Virus record (IMG/VR): IMGVR_UViG_3300031972_002122
Coordinates: 32,001-96,000 of that record
Source of the DNA: a virus
Length of the DNA stretch: 64,000 bases
Direction: 5' to 3' (one strand)
Below the pieces are notes generated by a model. The model was given only the letters and a program-made list of their open reading frames with translations. It was not told where the DNA came from and ran no database searches. Every line of letters starts with the position of its first letter. Position 1 is the stretch's first letter. Below are positions 59,467 through 64,000 of this stretch, one piece after another. The position numbers and the translations under genes were made by a program.

Positions 59467-60006
59467 ATGCCGTTATGGAAAAATAGAGCTTATAATTTAA
59501 CGATGGACGATATCAGGTATGCGATGCGTAATAGTAAATCGAATCGTGGTGCTGCTAGATTTTTAAATATATCACATTTAACGTATAAAAAATACGCAGA
59601 ATTATACATTGACGACGAGACAGGTAAATCTCTTTATGAGATTCACAAAAATAAATCTGGTGTTGGAATACCTAGACGTGGATACACTAAATTCCACGGT
59701 AAGAAGGGGTTACGTGCTATTCTAGAGGGCAAACACCCTGAATATCGAGGTTCACTTCTTAAGAAACGGTTGATAAAGGAGGGGTTTAAGGAAGAATGCT
59801 GTGAGGAGTGTGGATTTGAAGAGCGTAGAATAACTGATTATACAGTTCCCCTGATACTAGTTTGGAAAGATGGTGACAAGACAAATCATTTAGCAGAGAA
59901 TTTGTCACTTATTTGCTATAACTGTTTTTACCTAACCCAGAGTGATTTATTCAATCGGCGAGCGGACAGGACAGATTTTAAAGGATATAGGGATGACAAT
60001 AAGTGA
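59467..60006 (+). CDS. HTH + degenerate HNH zinc-finger protein
   Basis: S....AARFL.IS..TYKKYA HTH-like; CEEC...KDGD..N...ENL..ICYNC with expected His residues replaced. Confidence 0.7.
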   Translation: MPLWKNRAYNLTMDDIRYAMRNSKSNRGAARFLNISHLTYKKYAELYIDDETGKSLYEIHKNKSGVGIPRRGYTKFHGKKGLRAILEGKHPEYRGSLLKKRLIKEGFKEECCEECGFEERRITDYTVPLILVWKDGDKTNHLAENLSLICYNCFYLTQSDLFNRRADRTDFKGYRDDNK

Positions 60007-60292
60007 AATTTACAACTGGCTGTTAAAAACCGACCCAACTGAAGAAAGTGTTGATGTCCGACATGTGTGGGCAGATATGGCATCGTACTGTTATTTTGTA
60101 AACACAATGGATTTCGATCGGATATATCAGTCAAGACTTAAACAAGTTTTAAAACGGGGTATGGAATTTGGTATAAACTTACCGACGGATGACCATTCAA
60201 AAGTTTTAGAAATAGCCAAGGAAATGGATCAGACAAATTTGAAAACCTATATAAATACGTGTACGTATGACGAGCCACAAACAGCAAACTGA
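59993..60292 (+). CDS. Hypothetical protein
   Basis: Start set at ATG 59993. Confidence 0.55.
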   Translation: MTISEIYNWLLKTDPTEESVDVRHVWADMASYCYFVNTMDFDRIYQSRLKQVLKRGMEFGINLPTDDHSKVLEIAKEMDQTNLKTYINTCTYDEPQTAN

Positions 60293-60467
60293 CTTCGAAC
60301 GGTTTGGAGAGTTAATAACATATCTAGGTCAACTAGAATATAATATCATAAACAGTAGAGAAGCGTTAAATAGTATGGAACGCGAAAAGCATACTACTCT
60401 AGAGGAGCTAAGAAACTTAGAGACAAAGATCGGTGCGACCGAAACAGAACCTGATACTGAAAAATAA
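60267..60467 (+). CDS. Small coiled-coil hypothetical protein
   Basis: 66-aa heptad-like ORF. Confidence 0.55.
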   Translation: MTSHKQQTDFERFGELITYLGQLEYNIINSREALNSMEREKHTTLEELRNLETKIGATETEPDTEK

Positions 60468-60480
60468 ATAATCATTTCCT

Positions 60481-61038
60481 ATGTATTACACACGATTGGT
60501 GATAGTTATACTATCCATCATCGTCCACTTTGATATAATGTTCATCGTGGATGACAATAGGGTATATGCTGGTGGTGAACTGGCAGAGATAAGTGTATGT
60601 GCAACGCTGATACTACCAGACTCACTCAAACCAGCTCAGAAGCTCATGGCGAAGCTTATTTACGCTGAGGCAGGTAACGAGTCACTACTGGGTAAACGTG
60701 CTGTAGCGGACGTTATAATGAATCGTGCGCATCATCACGACCTGACCGTAGCACAAATAGTCTATCAGGATGGTGAATTCGATGGTATACATTCCGATGG
60801 GTTTAATATAAATCCTTACAAACAATATGATGATCCATCAATTAATAAGTCAATTGCCGATTGTATGCTCTCAGCTAAGTATGCATTAATGGGTAAGCAT
60901 GTAATACCGCGTGGTGTATTGTTTTATCACAACCCACGGACATCAACGGATCGGGGTTGGATATCTTATATAGAACAGTTTATGTATAGAGACATCGATA
61001 ATCATCGATTTTGCTACCATCCTAAATTTTTTTCTTAG
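60481..61038 (+). CDS. Cell wall hydrolase (SleB/CwlJ, Hydrolase_2) with N-terminal hydrophobic anchor
   Basis: LMAKLIYAEAGNE...GK.AVA.VIMNR, YQ..EF, LFYHNP, IDNHRF. Confidence 0.88.
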   Translation: MYYTRLVIVILSIIVHFDIMFIVDDNRVYAGGELAEISVCATLILPDSLKPAQKLMAKLIYAEAGNESLLGKRAVADVIMNRAHHHDLTVAQIVYQDGEFDGIHSDGFNINPYKQYDDPSINKSIADCMLSAKYALMGKHVIPRGVLFYHNPRTSTDRGWISYIEQFMYRDIDNHRFCYHPKFFS

Positions 61039-61055
61039 AAATATATAAAAAAGTT

Positions 61056-61087
61056 TTGTAGTCTATCATATAGATGTTATCTTGCAG
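61056..61087 (+). promoter_or_regulatory. Putative Bacteroidota-type -33/-7 promoter
   Basis: TTG-N19-TATCTTGCAG upstream of 61115. Confidence 0.45.
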
Positions 61088-61114
61088 TATATTTAATAAC
61101 ACAAATACTATAAG

Positions 61115-61342
61115 ATGATCCAGACAACAACATTTAATGAAGAATTGGTTGCAGCATTTTGGAACCAAACGAGCGTAGTTTCTAACGGTCAAACAATGAC
61201 ATTACCATCTCGCCAGACTGGTGGGAAGTGGAGCCAGAATAATGCATATGATGTACTTGTTGCTCGTAGTATAAGAACTGGCAACTATACCACTACACAC
61301 CGACCAGACGGGACGTTGGGAGTTATTGTAACTAAATTTTAA
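61115..61342 (+). CDS. Hypothetical protein, stand-alone transcription unit
   Basis: 75-aa ORF flanked by its own promoter-like site and a terminator. Confidence 0.65.
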   Translation: MIQTTTFNEELVAAFWNQTSVVSNGQTMTLPSRQTGGKWSQNNAYDVLVARSIRTGNYTTTHRPDGTLGVIVTKF

Positions 61343-61379
61343 TCACTACCAGAGTAATATAAAATATTCTCATTTTTTG

Positions 61380-61414
61380 GGGGATGTCATGAAAATGGCA
61401 TCCCCTTATTGTTT
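61380..61414 (+). terminator. Rho-independent terminator
   Basis: GGGGATGTCAT-GAAA-ATGGCATCCCC then TTATTGTTT. Confidence 0.85.
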
Positions 61415-61461
61415 ATCATATTTTTTACATATTTATATATGATATCAATTAGGAGAGTTTA

Positions 61462-62058
61462 GTGTACACACTTATAGTCGACAAGCCTGACATATTCGAG
61501 GCTAAAATTAACATTGAGGGAGCGGAAGCCGATGATGCACAGTGCAGGTTAGTTATAGAATCTGGTGCGATGTCATTACTATTTGAGGGTAGTTTAAAGG
61601 ATGAGAAATGTAGCATCCCTATTAAAAAATTGAAAAAATATATCAAGGCTGGTGACACTGGCACGATGAAGTTAGAAGTTATTGCAGATGATACGTTTTT
61701 TTCACCTTGGGAGTCTGATTTTAAAGCTAAAGCTTCTAGGAAGGTAACTGCTGAGGTAGTCGAACCTGTAGCAGAAAAAGTACATAAGCCAACTGTTGTG
61801 GTGAGTGAAATAACACAAAATGTTGATGGTGTTGATGGTGGAATCCAAAATAAAGATATACTTATTAAGGAAATGGCTACAGAGTTTTTAATGTTTGGAT
61901 TGAAACTTGAGGATGTTGGTAAACGAAAGAAAACAATAAATCACGTAGTTAGTAAAATGATTAAGCGGGGAATTATCACTACTGATATGAAAGATAGTCC
62001 CGAATTGATTGACGTTGTGTTAGAATCAATAATATTAAGCGAAAAGTCGAGGAAATAA
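61462..62058 (+). CDS. Hypothetical late protein
   Basis: GTG start with AGGAG RBS; ATATTTATA at 61429-61437. Confidence 0.75.
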   Translation: MYTLIVDKPDIFEAKINIEGAEADDAQCRLVIESGAMSLLFEGSLKDEKCSIPIKKLKKYIKAGDTGTMKLEVIADDTFFSPWESDFKAKASRKVTAEVVEPVAEKVHKPTVVVSEITQNVDGVDGGIQNKDILIKEMATEFLMFGLKLEDVGKRKKTINHVVSKMIKRGIITTDMKDSPELIDVVLESIILSEKSRK

Positions 62059-62061
62059 TAA

Positions 62062-63492
62062 ATGGCAAAAATTACTGATCCAGATAATCTGAATCAAAGT
62101 GTAGAAGTAGAATTTATCACGGGTAGTAAATTGATAAAATTGAATCCTGCGGGTAATCTAGAACCATATGATGGTGTAACGATGCAGGCGTTATATTCAT
62201 TTACTAAAGAAGAATGGTTAAATGACGATAACTTGATTAAGTTTCCATTCCCATTTATTTCAATTACCGCCGAACAGTTTGAGTTGTTCAATGGGTGGGA
62301 CTTGTCTGGATCATTTGAATCTTTACTTGATCCTAGTTCATCTAAGAATATGATTCGGGATGCTGGGTGGGCTGTTAAGGATGCTGCTGGTAACTCCCGA
62401 GAAGAGTATATGAACATTACATCGTTGGGTGCATTCAACGATTCAACCGCGGATCAGGCATATTACCTACAATCTGGGTCTCTTGGATATCCACCAACAT
62501 CTTCAGTATACACAGGTGAGGTGAATATACCAGTTAGAATTTACGCATCAGGTGCTGCTTACGGTGCAGCCGATGTAATTGATTTCCGAAACTTCTTTAA
62601 CATTTATCTTCGTGAGCAGGGTAAAGTGTTTGGGTCGTATGATTTGATTACCGAGCAGAATATTACAACACTTACGTATAAGAAGTTCGCACTACCACTG
62701 GTAAACAGTGAAGACCTTAAAGTGACATCTTCGGATACTGGTTTTACTGGATTACCTTATTCTGGTATGAGTATTAATTATTACACATCATCACAGAATC
62801 AAGATATTGGTGGGACTAATTATCCATATAAAATATTGATCGATGGTAATAGTGGTACTGCGGAGCAGATTTACGAGTGGACACAATTCCAGTTGAGACA
62901 GACTAGTAGTATCGATTCGAATGATAACTATACAATTATTAGAGGTGATACTGCGGGTGATCTTCTAGCATTTATTGGAGACACTTTAAGAACTCAATTA
63001 GTAACTATTGGCGGTGCTCCTCACGGGGTATATATCCAAAACTTCTTAGCGGCAGATACCAACCGTCTAGAATTTACTGATGACTCTGGATCAGTTAGAA
63101 CGTTCCCGTTCGTTGCTGCAGGTACTATCTTATTTAATGAGAACTTACAGAACGATCCTTCAGCTAGATATTTCATGTTCTTTACGAACGATGATTCTGG
63201 TGATAACACTGGGAGGGACTTTGGGACTAAGGACGCGATTATTATCAATGATAATGCCGGCCCATTACCGATCACGGGTTCCGTGGCAACATCAGCCTCA
63301 GTCGCATTTGACTACGATTATGATGGTAACATCCAACGTGGTTCTGATTCATCAGGTTCAGATGCACCATTTACTGCAGTTGCTCTTGGACTTTCAACGG
63401 CACAGTACGTGGTAACAACTGGTACGATTACGAGATCAACCGTGAACTCGGTAAACTTCGTTGCGGCACTAGAAAGAAATTACGCGACTTAA
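62062..63492 (+). CDS. Putative virion structural protein
   Basis: 476 aa, S/T/G-rich, six [S/T]GS motifs, in a late-motif-led unit ended by a terminator. Confidence 0.65.
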   Translation: MAKITDPDNLNQSVEVEFITGSKLIKLNPAGNLEPYDGVTMQALYSFTKEEWLNDDNLIKFPFPFISITAEQFELFNGWDLSGSFESLLDPSSSKNMIRDAGWAVKDAAGNSREEYMNITSLGAFNDSTADQAYYLQSGSLGYPPTSSVYTGEVNIPVRIYASGAAYGAADVIDFRNFFNIYLREQGKVFGSYDLITEQNITTLTYKKFALPLVNSEDLKVTSSDTGFTGLPYSGMSINYYTSSQNQDIGGTNYPYKILIDGNSGTAEQIYEWTQFQLRQTSSIDSNDNYTIIRGDTAGDLLAFIGDTLRTQLVTIGGAPHGVYIQNFLAADTNRLEFTDDSGSVRTFPFVAAGTILFNENLQNDPSARYFMFFTNDDSGDNTGRDFGTKDAIIINDNAGPLPITGSVATSASVAFDYDYDGNIQRGSDSSGSDAPFTAVALGLSTAQYVVTTGTITRSTVNSVNFVAALERNYAT

Positions 63493-63511
63493 TAGTTGAC
63501 TAATAAAATTC

Positions 63512-63545
63512 AAAGGGGATCATCTTTTAGGTGATCCCCTTTTTT
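63512..63545 (+). terminator. Rho-independent terminator
   Basis: AAAGGGGATCATC-TTTTA-GGTGATCCCCTTT + T run. Confidence 0.88.
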
Positions 63546-63592
63546 ATTGTTATTTTTTTTGATATTTATAAATAAATAACGGGTAAATATTA

Positions 63593-64000
63593 ATGGCGGC
63601 ACCGAATTATAACACTGATTTAACGACGATCGATACTGCGGAGACTACTACTGGCTATAATCAGATAAATCATGCTGGTGGTGGTGGTGGTTCGTTGGGT
63701 GTTGGGGCTGACTTTTCAATGCAAGGAACATTTTGCGTAGATAGGCAGGTGACTAGTAATAACAGGGGTATTGCGTTTGATAATGGTACCCCGTTCATTG
63801 CTGACGCGACAGTTGGTGACGACCATATATTTGTTTGGATGTATGTGGCGACTTCTGGTCTTGCCGATACTCTTCAAAATGAGGGTGGTGCCATTATGGT
63901 TGGAAATGCCACGAATCAGCTAGTTAGATATCACGTGGAGGGTAGTGATACGTATGGTGCGGGTGGGCGTGTGGCTAGGTGTTATCCAGTTAGACACAAT
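63593..64000 (+). CDS. Putative virion protein, 3'-truncated by window edge
   Basis: MAAPNYNTDLTTIDTAETTTG... open to window end; ATATTTATA at 63562-63570. Confidence 0.7.
   Translation, partial: MAAPNYNTDLTTIDTAETTTGYNQINHAGGGGGSLGVGADFSMQGTFCVDRQVTSNNRGIAFDNGTPFIADATVGDDHIFVWMYVATSGLADTLQNEGGAIMVGNATNQLVRYHVEGSDTYGAGGRVARCYPVRHN

Noticed and set aside
892-63415. Numerous 60-160 aa minus-strand and out-of-frame ORFs in the supplied track
   Set aside because: All overlap well-supported + strand genes and lack recognisable motifs
1-64000. Stop-codon reassignment, tRNA genes, DGR/retron elements
   Set aside because: Genes are full-length in code 11 and end in TAA, TAG or TGA; no cloverleaf or reverse transcriptase motifs seen by eye

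Overview
An AT-rich, densely coding segment of a large T4-like (contractile-tailed) phage genome. Essentially all credible genes are on the + strand, in standard code 11. A Bacteroidota host is inferred from a DUF4494-like gene and two -33/-7-type promoters. Layout: (1) 1-18.9 kb virion module with fibre-like proteins, gp13/14/15-like neck, tail sheath, three gp19-like tube paralogs, a chaperone gene with a likely programmed frameshift, a 1358-aa tape measure and baseplate genes; (2) 18.9-35.9 kb replication/recombination module with an atypical family-A polymerase, gp32-like SSB, RecA/UvsX, 5'-3' exonuclease, DnaB-like helicase, class II RNR, a metallophosphoesterase, family-B polymerase, probable sliding clamp and Cas4/RecB-like nuclease; (3) 36-57.3 kb, a ~21 kb glycan island of about a dozen glycosyltransferase-like genes plus NDP-sugar enzymes, methyltransferases and a sulfotransferase-like gene, also carrying ClpP and a Mom-like DNA-modifying enzyme; (4) 57.3-64 kb small accessory/lysis genes and further virion genes. 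Best leads: a possible virion O-glycosylation system (late-promoter-linked glycan island plus [S/T]GS enrichment in virion proteins), a PolA-like enzyme with His at the steric gate beside a normal PolB, a +1/-2 frameshift site, and a recurring ATATTTAT promoter-like motif. All calls come from motifs recognised by eye; no searches were run.
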